DNA of 64,000 nucleotides from Vairimorpha necatrix (Eukaryota): NCBI GenBank assembly GCA_036630325.1, contig CP142727.1, positions 992,001 to 1,056,000 of the forward strand, read 5' to 3'. Shown piece by piece: positions 1 to 13,624 of this stretch (position 1 is its first letter; each line of letters starts with the position of its first letter). The notes under the pieces were generated by a model. It saw only the letters and a program-made list of their open reading frames with translations, ran no database searches and was not told where the DNA came from. The position numbers and the translations under genes were made by a program.

Positions 1-360
1 CAATAAATACGAGCACCTTACATGGTTAAGAATGCGTTGTGGCGTTATACGGAATTGTGTCAGTGGCAAGAAAGCATTCAATAATGCTACGGTTAGGTGA
101 ACCGCGAATTCATAAGATAAGTGTGAGTGTAGTTAAATAATATTTATTGTTAGAGGCATCATAGATCTGAAATGAAGTGGGGCTGTTGAAATTCTTAGGC
201 ATGTGTTTGGCGATGAATTTTGTTATTTATATTTGTCGGTAACCAATAGAAGACAGTGTTCCAGAATTTTCCACTAACTGAGAGGGCTGCTTGACGTGTA
301 TAGGATTATATCAGCGTTTCATCGTTTATTGGTCACCATAAAACATGTGGTATGGATTAT
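1..360 (+). pseudogene. Possible highly decayed Gypsy RT remnant
   Basis: Broken fragments resembling RT C-terminal motifs (LKFLG.., LRGLL..YQRFI) in shifting frames. Confidence 0.3.
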
Positions 361-1360
361 AATACCACGCGTTGTTAAGTTTAATCAAAAGGGGTTAAAA
401 GAATAAAAAGGAAATAAATAATCAAGGCAAATGCAAAATCAGGGTGTATGCCAAATTTACTACAAACGGAACGCATATAAACAGCTTTTCATACATAATG
501 CTAAAAACTAATTACATAACCAAATTTATGTTATAAAAATAAACAAAAAACGGAATTTGCAAAAAACCACAAAGCATATAAAATAACACTCATAAAAAGA
601 GAGGCGGAAGGCCGTATATGGGCAGTAAGAAAAATCAAAAGAACTGATGCATATATGCGTTCCATTGTGCTTAAAGAGAATTAAAGACCCAAGCAAACGC
701 AAATGGAATATTTGTGCATGCAAAGAAAAATAGCCCTGAAACAGCAATGAGATGTGAAGATGAATGAAGCAAAAAGGAAAAAATTAAGAAGAAGCAACGA
801 AATGTTCTTAACTCCATTAGTAAGACATACAAAGCGCTGGTCTTATTTATATATATATATATATATATCTTAAAGTCTAAAACTTTAGAAAGAGGATCAC
901 GTAGTACTAACAATACTACAAATTGTTTGTTTTTATTTTGGAATTTTTTACTTTTCAAAAATAGACCTTTCGACCGGTCTATTCCAAATATTTACTATTT
1001 ATTCATTTTTTTGCCCCTACCCCAGATATTGGCAAGCAATAAGATAATTGACAATACGCTTGGTGCACAAGACCAATGAAGGGAATAGCAGCCAGGGAAC
1101 AAATTTCTAATGGTAAGGGGGAACATTGCATAACTTCAATGAAGGTGTCATTTATAATACCTTTATTGTGTTTATGTTATTTTGTGTGCTCTGCGGGTTT
1201 CTATTCGCGGTTCTTGTAATAGTCATCAAAAAATTTTAATACCTCTTTTAAAAATGCGTATGTCTCCTTTTCTCTATAATTAAGATTACAACCACCTCAA
1301 TTAATACGTTTTCCCGCCCTTTAGTGGTACCGAGTATTATTGAGTTCGTTGGCCATTCTC

Positions 1361-3400
1361 TTATAACCTTTTCTTCATAAGCATACACCTTGTTGTCTTT
1401 ACAAGGTGTAAGAACTTGCTTATGTTGTTGTATTGATCGATATCCACCTGAGTATATCGATCTAACAAGTAGTTTATAAAATCATCTTCGATTAGCAGAT
1501 TCTTGGGGACGCCAGCAAAATTCCCCATAAGAATTTTATCGGATAAGGCGTTCCTCTCTTCATTTGGAATTACAGATTCCAAATTATTTTCTGTTTTGAA
1601 CTTTTCCTGTTTGTTATTTTGGACAATTTTTTCAACAATGTTACTATCCATCACACGCTAGCCGGTGTATTTAAAATATCATAACATGACAAAATGGCCA
1701 CTTTGATAGCAGTCCATGATTCATGCGGGTATTTGTTCTTTCATTGGTCTAGTTTTATCAATGTCTCTATTGTGCTTTATTTTTATTTTTCAAGTTCATT
1801 AAAAAGTCATGTAATCTATCGACATGCTACTTCAATTTTGTTGTTTTTAACAATTTTTTAAACAATGTTACTATCAATATACACGCTAGCCGGTGTATTT
1901 AAAATATCATAACATGACAAAATGGCCACTTTGATAGCAGTCCATGATTCATGTGGGTATTTGTTCTTTCATTGGTCTAGTTTTATCAATGTCTCTATTG
2001 TGCTTTATTTTTATTTTTCAAGTCCATTAAAAAGTCATATAATCTATCGACATGCTACTTCAATTTTGTTGTTTTTAACAATTTTTTGAACAATGTTACT
2101 ATCAATATACACGCTAGCCGGTGTATTTAAAATATCATAACATGACAAAATAGCCACTTTTTTAGCAGTCCATGATTCATGCGGGTATTTGTTCTTTCAT
2201 TGGTCTAGTTTTATCAATGTCTCTATTGTGCTTTATTTTTATTTTTCAAGTCCATTAAAAAGTCATGTAATCTATCGACATGCTACTTCAATTTTGTTGT
2301 TTTTAACAATTTTTTGAACAATGTTACTATCAATATACACGCTAGCCGGCGTATTTAAAATATCATAACATGACAAAATGGCCACTTTGATAGCAGTCCA
2401 TGATTCATGCGGGCATTTGTTCTTTCATTGGTCTAGTTTTATCAATGTCTCTATTGTGCTTTATTTTTATTTTTCAAGTCCATTTAAAAGTCATGTATAT
2501 AATCAATATGCCATTTCAATTTGTTGTTTTTGAAAACTATTCTACAATTCTGTAATCAATGAATACACTAGCAGTTGTAATAAGTACATCATAACATGGT
2601 TGAACGTTCACTATTACGGTAGTTCGATATTCATGACGACATTTACTTTCAATTGGTCAAGTTTTAAGAAAAAATATACAATATTTTATGATCCAATAAA
2701 TAGGCTATATACTCATCTTCAATAAGTAAATTCATGAGTACCCTGGCTAAATTTCCCAAAATAATACTATCACATAAGTCGCTTTTTTCATCATTTGAAA
2801 TGACAGATTTCAAATCGCTCTCGGCTTTTACTTTTCCTTTTTGTCATTTAATATACCCTTTCTAAAACTTTGTTATCAAATAAACACACCATCAAGGTTT
2901 TTAATCTATCGTGCCGTGATTACGTGGCCATCTTAACAGCAGTCCAGGATTAGTATAGAAAATCGTCTTTTATATGATCAAGCTTTACTGATATCATTTA
3001 CAACAGCAAATGGGATATGCAAATAGGCAATAAACATGTTTTTAATGAGAGATTTTCTAGAAATGCAACAAAACTCTCTACAATAACCTAGTAAAACATA
3101 TTTTTTTTTTCTTCCTCTTAAATAACATGTTCCAAAAAGCTCTCGGCTCATACTTTTTCATTCTTAATTATTCTTAAAATTATTATATTACTCGACATTA
3201 ATAATAATACAATATAAAAGTATGATAGTATATTAGAACACGGTAAAACGTTGCTTATACAAGATCTATTATCAATTCGGATATTTACTTTAATTGGTCA
3301 AGTTTTACAAATATAACTTTCGTAAATGATTTATTTCTTTTAAAGGATTTTTAAAAATCGTAAATGTGATCAAGTTTATCCCGAAATCACCCAATGAACG
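1361..3400 (-). pseudogene. Decayed gene for a repeat protein (76-aa module plus a second duplicated module)
   Basis: The minus frame of the 228-bp array reads KLDQ*KNKYPHESWTAIKVAILSCYDILNTPASVYIDSNIV and continues into ORF 1361-1654. Diverged copies lie at 2520-2670 and 2840-2990 (KLDHIKDDFLY*SWTAVKMA). 2690-2820 (GNLARVLMNLLIEDEYIAYLLD) matches the ORF 1361 segment GNFAGVPKNLLIEDDFINYLLD. Many stops. Confidence 0.65.
1625..2530. repeat. Tandem array, 228-bp unit, about 4 near-identical copies followed by a diverged fifth
   Basis: GCTAGCCGG anchor at 1657, 1885, 2113 and 2341 (exact 228-bp spacing). Confidence 0.95.
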
Positions 3401-4595
3401 TCGTCTTCGGGTACACTGTGGCGTTATAAGGATATTAAGAAATCTTTTAGTGTCTTAAACTAAAAATGAAAAGTCAAAAGCAAAACTTAATTGCAAAATT
3501 CAAAAAAAAAAATCAACAATAGAGAGATAATATGTTGAAGAAGTTAACAAGCATAAGGAGTATTATTAATTGTCGCGCGCCCGGCGCGCGACCGCGCCCA
3601 GTGCGCGACCGGAAGATTTCGTGAAGAAATTCTACATAAACATATTGTATGTTCAATCTAACTTCAGATTGGAGAATTAAAAGTGTATTATTAACAAGGT
3701 TATATACAAAAAGATCTTATTTTTGTAGTAACACTTTACTAACGCCCACTTACATCATGAACATAAACAAAATACAAGATTTTTTAAATTAAAGGTAGAT
3801 TTTTGTCAAATTGGGTTAAGCTTTTTTTAATTTTATAAGCGCATTAAGATTATAACAAAGAGCTCTAACGGAGAACTCATTAAGCTATTTATTTATATGC
3901 ATATACATAAAAAAAATTACAAATTTAAGGGTACATTGTATTCCATTATTTCTTTTCATAATGCTTAATTAGCTCTATTTTTATGGTTTGATTTTTATAG
4001 ATCAGCTTAGAAGATTCTTAGAATTTAATTAAACTTCAATTTATAAGAATTTTTATAAACAATAAAAATAAATTAAAAGGGACATTTATATAGAAACTAG
4101 AGTAATTTTTTTATTACATTAAAAACTCTTAACTCAAGTATTGATTATCTTGGAAAAATAAAATAAAAATAAAAATATGATGCTGTGCTCAAATATAAAG
4201 TTTTAGAAAAAATACCTAAATTTGAGTTCACAAAAATTCATTTTAGTTAATTAGGTACACATAGCTGTGTAAAGATTACATTTTAGACGCCCGTTCAATA
4301 AATAGTCTACGAAGGTCATTTGAATATTATATTTCTAGTACGTTGGTATTTGCATTTTTACACTTTATTCTTTAAAATATCGCACATCATATATATATAT
4401 ATTTATATATATTATAAAATAATTATATTAAAAAACGGGCTTAGTGACATCATATAAACAGATAACTTTCTTAATTCAAAAACATACAATTTTCATGAAT
4501 AAAACATTAAATGCAGTTTTCAATATATAAATTATATAAAAAGATCGTAAACAACTAAAATTTATAAAAACAAATAGTAAAATTTATCTAAAGGC

Positions 4596-5814
4596 TCATT
4601 TATTTAATTTTTTAACCAGATTCATTGATATAATTTCCTCCTTACCTTCGTATTTTAACCTTAATCGGATATTCGATAAAATTTCTATTACTTCCCGTGG
4701 TTCACTATAAAAAGAACTCAATTTTAGTTTTTTTGTTTTCGTATTAGTGTCGAAATCTTTTTTTACAACCACTAAATCTCCAATAGAAAAATCATTGATG
4801 AAATTATGAACACATTTTCTGTCCATTCGAGCCAAATATTTTTCATTACTCACTGCATCACTTCCTGGAATCGTATTTACAGTTGTTTCATTTTCATCAG
4901 TGCAATCATCATCATTCTCCCTTAGACATGTATTGTATCCAAGGCTTCCGTACCATAACTTATATGTGACTTCTTTGTAGCAGAATGTACAGCGGTATTA
5001 TAGTCATAAACAACTTTATTAATGACCGCTAGCCAGTTCTTATTGTTAAAACCTTTTTCGCAAAGATGTTTTTGCAGGTAGCGAGTAAGGGTTTGATTAA
5101 ACCTCTCGACTTGTCCTTGACTCTGGGGATGACGAGGTCTGCCATGAATAAGCTTTATTTTATTTTGTTTACGAAATTCAACTAATGTTTCATTTTTAAA
5201 CTCTTTGCCGTTGTCGCATTGAAGTATAGCAGTAAAGCCTAACGTTTGAAATTTGTATTCTAACCGTGATACGACTTCAGCGGCGGTTTTAGTTTTCAAA
5301 GCAGAGATAAAAGCATATTTAGAAAATACATCTATTGCTGTGAGTATTAAACTAAAACCATCATTTTCATCACTATAAGTCCTCATATCAACAAGATCAA
5401 TAATAAATCTTTCGCCGGGTCTTTTAGCGACGATGTGCTTGAACGTTTCTTTTGTTTTAAGAGGTTGTGCTGTCATGCATAAATTGCATTCACTGCAAAC
5501 ATCCCTTACAATACACCTAGGTATACTGAAGTATTGTTCCTCACACTTATCATAGAGACGGTTCGCGCCATAATGATGCTGCTGATGAAGTCCTTGGACC
5601 TCTATTTTCATAGCTTGGACCATAGTCTTACAAGTACTCTTTTGTGCCAGCCCCCCACATCCTTTAAGAAAAGAATGTTATCCACAAGAATAAAACTTTT
5701 GGATTTCTTCTTTAGACTATATTTTAAATGTTTGTCACATTCTAGGCTAACCACGTTCCCTTTGAGTATTTGGACAAGCCGATCATACTCAACTTGGTCT
5801 TTTACTTCTTTCAT
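4596..5814 (-). pseudogene. Ginger integrase/transposase split by two frameshifts
   Basis: HHCC (HQQHH..CSEC); DDE (IDLVD, CDNGKEF, GQVERFN); C-terminal FSIGDLVVV. ORFs 5608-5871, 4922-5623 and 4596-4853 are collinear pieces. Confidence 0.85.
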
Positions 5815-5881
5815 AAAGAGTAAAAAAAAATTTTTTTTAAAATGATGAATCTTTACTATAATTTTTTGCAAAATATTTTAG

Positions 5882-5957
5882 TCAACCAGCTTGGCACAGT
5901 GGTTGTTATGGTCATCCGTCACTTTGAAGGTCGTATGTTCGAATCCCAACATGTTGA
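5882..5957 (+). ncRNA. tRNA-derived Pol III-type module inside Ginger G1 (degenerate, not a canonical tRNA)
   Basis: 76 nt; A-box-like TGGCACAGTGG; B box GTTCGAATC; closing stem TCAAC/GTTGA; homolog at 61806-61878. Confidence 0.55.
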
Positions 5958-7020
5958 AAATTTATTTAGGGGTCATAAAAAAGATAGTTGAATAATCATA
6001 AACAGTTAACATACAGAAATACATAGCTTGTATAATTACAAATTTCAAATGTTAAAAATTCTGTTAGGTTTAAAAAATTAGGAAAAAATCTGGTCGCGCA
6101 CTGGGCGCGGTCGCTCGTTGGGCGCGCGACATTAATTATTAAATAAATATCAAAATACCACTAAAAGAACCTTATCGGTTGATTTTTTTCGCCTTTATCT
6201 TCATTAAAGAATTTTTGATATTTTTTAAGTTGAGCGTATTTACGTTTGACCTTATTTTCATTTATTAAGATATGATAAGAATTTACTTCTAGGATTTCTA
6301 CATTTCTATCAAAGGCAAATTTGCTATCTACTTTGGCAGATGATGTATTGGTGTTAATGTCTTGTATAAGACACTCTCACCAATGGCTTTTTTCCTTAAA
6401 GATACAAACTCCTTCTCGTATTAAAGTCGTTGCGCTTCTCTTTAAACATGTATTATTTTGTATTTCCACATTTCATTCGGTGTACACTTAATGCCTCTGT
6501 AATAGGTATTTTTAAATTTACTGGCAATATCTGGTAGGTTTTTCAAAATTATAATTGGGTTCTTCATGAAACTTTTTTTTTAAAACCTGCCATAAATTTC
6601 TATTCAGTCTTTCGACTCTTCCGTTGGAATAATGTTTTCTTGGGCTTGTAATGGAAATATAATTGGGGGTTTCTCGCATTACATAGAAAACTCTTTATAT
6701 ATAACTTCTCTACCATTATCTAGTATGATTTGTTTCAGAAGTTACCATTTCTTAAGGTTTTCATGCATATTTTAAATAAAGTTGTGTTCGTTTTATTTTT
6801 TAGATATTTTATATTTACTTTTCTTGTGTATAAGCCAATCCATGTTAGCAAGAATATGGTCTGTTTTATTTTTAAATGATCAATACTGACCTTTTCTAGT
6901 TTATAATTTGCCTCCACTAATTTTTTCCTCCTTGTGTCTTTTGTTGGTTACATTGACATAGTTCACAACGTTGAGATATTGAACAATCGATTCGTTTATT
7001 TAAGTAATAGTATTTTCTTT

Positions 7021-8113
7021 GGATCTAGTTTGCTACGCGCCCGGAATTAAAAATTAGAGCTTTTAAGAGAAAAGAACTTTTAAAGCATGATAAAAAAAAG
7101 CAGCATTGTAAAAAGACAGGCTTGTTTTAGAATTATTTTATTTTTAGCTTATAGCTAGTAAAGCTAGCATTCTGATAAACGCAGTCTCTTTAAACTCATC
7201 TCTGAACATCAGTTCAGCTATAAGACCGGGAAGTTGCGCTTTTTGAACACCATACATTTTCTTAGTCACAAGCTTCATCTTATTCCAGAATGACTCAATG
7301 TTCTGGGTATGGACTCCAGTTATCGGATCAACGAAATTTGTCTTGTGGTTCACGACCGAATGACGGAACCCGAGCTCTCTTTCAATATTCGCATATGATC
7401 CCCAGCCATCTGAGTGAATGATTGTGCCAGGTCTACATATCCTAGCAATGATCGGAAGTAAAACACCAGCTGATCGATTTGGGACAATCTCCATATAGCA
7501 CTTCGCAGGAGAAAAGGAGGTGTCTGCGATCCCCAAACCCACACTTCACTGGATGGTGCTCTGCCATGAAAATGTTTGATCTTGTGGACGAACTGGTTTT
7601 CGTCGATCTGGCAAAAAAATACCTGGACCTCCCAATCTCATAAGATCAGCCTCAAAGTATACTTATATGATAGTCTTCAGCATGTTTATAACCGCTACGA
7701 TGCTGTTTCTTCTGAATCTATGGTTTAAAATAATCTCTTTAATCTGTTTTCCTTCGCTCCGAAGCATAATCATAGCAAAGATCTCAGAAAATGGCAATTT
7801 AAATCCCTCAAAGAAGGATCCAGTTCTAATACTCTTTGTGGTCCCGTAGAGCCTGCACACTTTATTATCGCAAGTTCAGCATATAAGGTCTGGGCCTTTA
7901 TTCGATCGCTCAACCATGCCAAATGAACACTTAGAACAGGACATATTGGTCAGAAGAAAGTTTTGTTCTCGCAGAACAGAAATCATTTGTAAAGGTGGCA
8001 TCATACGGATTTTACGTAAATTTCAAACTGCGACACAACCGTTCTCATTGGGGTAAAATTTTCTTAACCTAGTTTGTAATACTCCCGAATAGGGCGTATA
8101 ACAAACTAGATCC
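7021..8113 (-). mobile_element. Merlin (IS1016/ISXO2-like) DNA transposon, frameshifted, inserted in the Gypsy pol
   Basis: TIR GGATCTAGTTTG; 8-bp TSD TTTTCTTT/TTTTATTT; motifs IHSDGWGSY, VNHKTNFVDP..VHTQNIESFW; CCCC before ATG 8048. Confidence 0.9.
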
Positions 8114-9483
8114 TTTTATTTTTATGGCAACATGCAATGCATCTCTTAAACGATGGGCTGTAAGTATTTCGTGTGCTTATTCAAAGAGCGCTGGCCTATC
8201 TTCGACTGGCGGAAGAGTTTCATTTCTGCGCCGTTTACTTTATAACACCATGTGCCTTTAGAATCTATGAACACATTTTTTGGAAGTTTGAAATCATTAG
8301 TTTGGTCTTGTTTTCATAAATTCTCCTTAATACATCAGCCTCAATTATTTCTGTGCCTTTTTATAGTGTATTAAGAAATCATAGCTTTGTAGTTTCTCTC
8401 TCATTCGTTCTAATTTCATATTTCCAAAAAAGATTTGTTTTGGAAAATATAAGGGCAGTGTGATAAACTCTTACTTTAATTTATTTCTTTTTAAAAACAA
8501 TTCATAGTGCTGTATTTTCCAAGTCATTGTAAGAAATATCTTCACAGTTATTGTATATTTTTTCTCGGCTTCAGATAGTTTTTTAGATGCCAAATCTATT
8601 ACTATAAGTTCACCTTCTTTTTCTTGTTGAAGGCAGGCGCAAATTCCCGCGTTTGTAGTATCTGTTGTAAGGACAAATGGTTTTGTGAAGTCTGCTACAT
8701 TTATTGCTATATTAAATTTCATCTTTAGTTTTATGCCACAAAATGCGTCCTCACATGTTTTAGTCCATTTTAATTGATACTGTCTGAAGACCTTTATGTA
8801 CATCATATAATGATTGCGAAATTGTTGCTAAATCTGCGATATATTTTCGATAGTAAACGGCAGATCCTTTTAAATTTTGTAATTCTTTTTATTATTGGGC
8901 TTAAAATCTAATATCTTTCGCTGATGTTCCCCTATTGGTCTTTGAGTTAGCCGTTGATCATAAATCTTAAAAGTTATAGTGTTGTAATTTTGCATTGCAT
9001 TTTATTTGCGTTTACTTCAAAATCATTATCCGCGAGCCTTTGTAGAACTTCTGTAAAGCTCTGATCATGATCTTTTAAAGTTTTTCCATACACTGTTATG
9101 TCATTCATATAGACCATACCTTTAGTTTCCATGATATCACATAAGGTGTTGTCATTATCATTTGGAAAATTAAAGGTGAATATTTGAAGCCACTTGACAT
9201 TCTGGTATATTGATACAAAATGTTTCTAAAATAAAAAGCTGTTTACTATTTATCTTTAAAATCAATTTTAATTTGAAAGAATCCGTCTGATAGATCCAAT
9301 ACTGTAAAAATCTTTTTGTATAGTGTCGTATTGATGATATAATTTATTTTTGGGATCGTATAATTGTTGTTCCTCACAATTTTGTCTAACCATTGCATAT
9401 TAGAATATTATATATCTTCATAAAGGATTTTTGGGGGCGCATTGGATTGCACCATGATGCGGTAGATTATTCTATATAACCCT

Positions 9484-9683
9484 TGTTACCTAAAGTCGAA
9501 GATGGGGTAGTCTGAGGCTTGGTATTAGATGAAATATTCTTTTTAAGAGACATAATATTTATTTATATAATTCCTTTATATAGTTTTATTCAAAGCCTGA
9601 AACAATCATGTTTCGGGTTGAGATGAAACGTATAAAGATCTTGTTTCAGTTCTTGGTTGGTGCCACAAGTGGTGGTGGTAACA
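9484..9683. mobile_element. Solo-LTR-like 200-bp element, family S1
   Basis: TGTTACC...GGTAACA ends; TSD ACCCT; interrupts the RT N-terminus; inverted homolog at 11872-12069. Confidence 0.8.
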
Positions 9684-9716
9684 ACCCTAATTTAGAAATC
9701 TTGTCGTTGTTTTTTT

Positions 9717-10688
9717 GGTGCTTCTCCGTTTTGCTGCCCCCAAAAAATGGGGCAGCAAAAATTAAAAAAATATATTTATAAAATTAATTAGAATATACAT
9801 TTCCTCATTCTCTAATACATTATTATAATTTTATTTTCTAAAAGTAAATTCTTCGAGCCAAGATTCGATATTCACACGTTTTACTTTGTGCTGTCAATAT
9901 TATTAGTATGAAAACCTTTTTCATTAGTAAATCCTATTGAATGATTTACAATAATGTGTTTAAGTTTTAGATTCGCACTACATCGGGATAACTAGGATGA
10001 ACATAAAAATAAGAACTGATCCCGGTAAGACTATATCTTCAATTATCTTTGTTAAAGTATTTATCTTTCGATCCGGAACTTGTACTATACAATTTTTTTT
10101 CTATCTACAGCTTCTATTAACCCCTAAATCCATACAGTATCTTTAATTCCATCATCTGCTCTAGATGGAACTCTATAAGTTCCTCTTCTACACAGTACAG
10201 TTTCATCTTGAACTTGATTTCCCGATCAACCGATTTTGAAATCGGTTTCAAACTTCTTTCTAATATATTCCCTCAATTTAAGCTTTATTTTTGAACTAGT
10301 GTCATTTGACACACACGTTAAACATTTAATTAATCTATAATTGCTGTTACAAAGGACCTCGAACACAACAAAAAGATAAATTTCAAATGATAATTTAATG
10401 CCAGGTAAAAAGCTGTTTTTTGCCCTGCATTCTTGTATAATACACCTATAAACGAATCTTTCCTTTCCCCTTTCCAATAATTTTGTAAGCTTTGCAACAA
10501 CATTATCACAAGAACCACATCGTCTAATCAAATTAATAATTCCAGTCTCTATCATGTAGTCTTTACACGAGGCAAGACTGGAAAACAAAGGATGTCTATA
10601 ATTATAAAGGTTTCTTTTTGCCATTTTGGGGCTTTTATAAAAAAAAATAAAAATTATAAATTTTTGCCTTTCTCCGTTTTTTAGTACC
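9717..10688 (-). mobile_element. Degenerate Merlin transposon
   Basis: ORF 10226-10624 has an N-terminal Zn-finger (CGSC..C....C) followed by VQDET and GIKDTVW remnants; termini degenerate, no TSD found. Confidence 0.7.
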
Positions 10689-11779
10689 TTCTATGTCACA
10701 TAGTAGAATGTTTTTTTTTAGTATGACTTTAGCCCTTCCTTTTGCATCTATTGTGCAGATTATATTATATTAACCTTCTGATAGTTAATCGTTAAGGACT
10801 TTTAGAACTTTTTCTTATGGTTTCCCAGATCATGTCTCGATTTTTGGATATTTACAATTGTTGGGTTACAATCAAAATGTGAATTGTTCCATTGACCATC
10901 ATGTCAAAGAAAGACGTTATTTAGATGTAATTTATCGTTGCCGTTAATTTTAGCATTCTGTAAGCGTGTTTTCTTGTCCAAATATGTTAAGAAATTCTTT
11001 TTCTTCTACCTGCTTCCTACTAATTAAATCTTAATTACTTTCTGTGTCTCCTACAGCAATTATTTTATCTTTTGCAATGCATACATTCATTGTATTGACT
11101 TATCATAGAGGTGTTTGTAGATTGTTAATTGTAAATTTGCTGAATTCATTTTTCGTTTTTCTTTTAAAGCTGTTTGTTATTTTTTTCATCTTAAAATTTG
11201 GACTTTGGGGTTTCTTATTTTTTTTGAGTTTCTTTTTCTTCAACAATATTCTCTTCTCCTAAATAATTCCATCTTCTTATACAAAAAATCCTCGTAAAAA
11301 GACTGGTTAGAATAATAGTCTCTAAATGTTATAATCCTCCTATAGTTAAAAATGTACTAAAAATAATTTGTTTAGCGTATTCTTCATCTATACCAGAATC
11401 ATACGCAATAATTATGGTTCTTGCTAACCATTCACTCATAGGTTCATAGATTTTTTGTCTAGCTTCTAATAATTTATAAAGTGTAATTTGCTCTGTCATT
11501 TTTTAATCGCCTTTTTAGTTTTTTACATTTACATTTGTAAATTTTCTTTATTTTGTAATAAAAGAATTTGAGACTCCTTGTCAAGAATCATAAGAAAGAT
11601 TGAAATGATCTTTTTGTCTTGGATGATGTTAAGGGATTAAACTGTAGCTCCAGATATTCCAAGTTTGCTTTGGTCTTAGCAAGTCTGAATGCTAATCCTT
11701 GCATTTTTTGTATCGGGTGTTATGTTGACGAAGTTAACAAGCATGGGAGTATTTATTAAATACTTTAAAGACACCAACA

Positions 11780-13032
11780 ATATTATTATCTAAAAAGATT
11801 ATGCGCCGTTATCTGATCTGTTTCAATTTGATATAAAATTTTTAAGAATGGCAATTCCCTTCTATGGTATTTGTTCCCGGCATCACTTGCGGCATCAATC
11901 GTATGACTGAAACATGATGTTACAAACGTTTATTTCAACCTATAACATGTTTGTCACAGTTTAAGAATTAAACTATTTAAATAAAAAGAATAAATTATAT
12001 ATGTCTCTTTAAATGCTTCTTTATCATATACCAAGCCTCAGACTACATCATCTTTGCCTTTCGGTAAAAGTATTATTGTGACCTCCGTATTTAAGTTTCT
12101 GAAGCGCAATGAATGATTAACCATATGGTTTTGGTATAATTTAGTACTCAAAGAATTGTAGCGCACATGGTACTGCCCAATATTATACAAAGATACTTAT
12201 ATGTGTAATACCCTCACTATGACCAGTTATACTATAGGAAATAGTTGTTTTAGATCAATGTTTTAATTGGTACTTGGGTTACCATTTATATTTGATTTGA
12301 TTCAGAAAAAAATTATTTAAAAAAATTATTTTAAAATAAATACGAATTACGCTTTAACTTGTTAATCTCTTTACATCTCTTTCTTAAAAAACAATAAGGT
12401 ACCGCCAAAACATTGCAACATGTTTCGATACAAGATCAGTAAGTGTCATTTTGTCCCCTTTTTTATATGTAATAGCGTGATTCTAAGTTGTATGATACGT
12501 TCGACCATGACTAAACACCAGAATTTATTTACTAGTATAGCTCCAATTTACTTATTCTTCTCAATCTTTGTCTCATTGATTTCTATAACAATACTCTTAC
12601 CGCTTTTAGTTCTATATTAGACAGATACTTATCATAAGTTTCCATACTTTTACTCTTTGAATTTTTTGGCTCCATAATAATTCAAACAACTTAAAAGTTG
12701 ACAAATATACACACGAAGATTGCCAAGAATCCACATGTCAAGTATTTATTAGACTATAATATTCTTAAGTACATAATGTTTTAAGAAAGTATCTTTCTAA
12801 GTATAAATTATATTTTTTATGTACGCAATTTCACATTAGAATCAGCTGTGTCTTTCCTTATTTTTCATCAAAAATTACATAACTTATAATTCCTAGTTTT
12901 TTATATTTTTGTTCGTTATATATAATCTTAATTTTTCCTTTGTCTGCATTCGTTCCTTAATTTTTTAAAAAAGGGAGGGAAAATCCCCAAACGCTGTACA
13001 TCGAATTTTTTCTGCTAAAGCCGCCCTTGGCC
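11780..13032 (-). mobile_element. Merlin remnant related to the 32542-33554 element
   Basis: IVIEINETKI (~12580), MVNHSLRF (~12110), NTIEGN (~11860); end 12960-13032 resembles the TIR at 33481-33554. Confidence 0.65.
11872..12069. mobile_element. Solo-LTR-like element S1, second copy (inverted)
   Basis: Reverse-complement homolog of 9484-9683; TSD GTATT; splits the Merlin HxNTIEG motif. Confidence 0.75.
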
Positions 13033-13624
13033 GAAAATTATATAGTGCATTCTATTTTAGTTGTTTTTAATATCATATATGGTGTGTAACGACCCTTTAT
13101 TATGAAATTCATTTTTATGGCAGAAATTTTAACGACAGGCTTGAAGGTGGGGGACAGTAATAATGTTTTATTCTTATATTACCATAAACGAAAATAAAGT
13201 AGAAAACTTCCAAGATACCCCATATTAAAGGCTCTGTTAAGAGCGATTTTGAATTTAATGTCTACTTTAGAAGGGTAAAAAAATAAAAAAGACTGTCTAG
13301 GGCGTTCAAAAGAAAAGGCTTATCTTAGAAGAGTAAAATAATATTACAAAAAAAGATCGTTGGTGTTTATCGTAATTTTTAATTAAAAATATACAATTAC
13401 TTGGGCATGAAAATAAAAAAAAAATGTAAAAGACACGAAGTTATTGTCTTTTCACAATAGGGTCCATTATTAATTCTATCAGTAGAAATACAAGAAATAA
13501 TTGCCTTCCGAGCCACACCAGAAAAAATTAAATATGAGAATTTAGTTTATTCACTATATAACTCTCGCATGATTTAAATATGGTCGATATAAATCTTCAA
13601 GATTCTTTACCTAATCAGTATCTC

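Larger units (their letters stand above)
3571..6131 (-). mobile_element. Ginger-type DDE-integrase DNA transposon, family G1, frameshifted
   Basis: 40-bp GC-rich TIRs TGTCGCGCGCCC..GACCGCGCCCAGTGCGCGACC at 3571-3610 and 6092-6131; TSD TTAAT on both sides; no gag or RT. Confidence 0.9.
3533..11779 (-). mobile_element. Degenerate Ty3/Gypsy LTR retrotransposon with ~57-bp LTRs and four nested insertions
   Basis: LTR TGTTGAxGAAGTTAACAAGCAT at 3533 (split by a Ginger, resumes ~6137-6163) and at 11723-11779. Remnants: gag 11100-11700, degenerate protease AVGDTES ~11050, RT 8800-9480 (VYMND), RNase H 8471-8806 (FVLTTD), integrase 6200-7020. TSD not clean. Confidence 0.8.

Noticed and set aside
526-1130. 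ORFs 526-747 and 671-958 as genes
   Set aside because: Low-complexity, cross a TA microsatellite, and the adjacent 961-1023 resembles the S5 repeat interior; probably LTR-like non-coding DNA with unresolved ends.
1625-2530. CRISPR array or alternative genetic code
   Set aside because: Units are contiguous 228-bp copies with no unique spacers and no cas genes; all three stop codon types occur in frame.
5882-5957. Functional tRNA gene
   Set aside because: Anticodon and T stems do not pair properly and no anticodon can be assigned; kept only as a tRNA-derived module.
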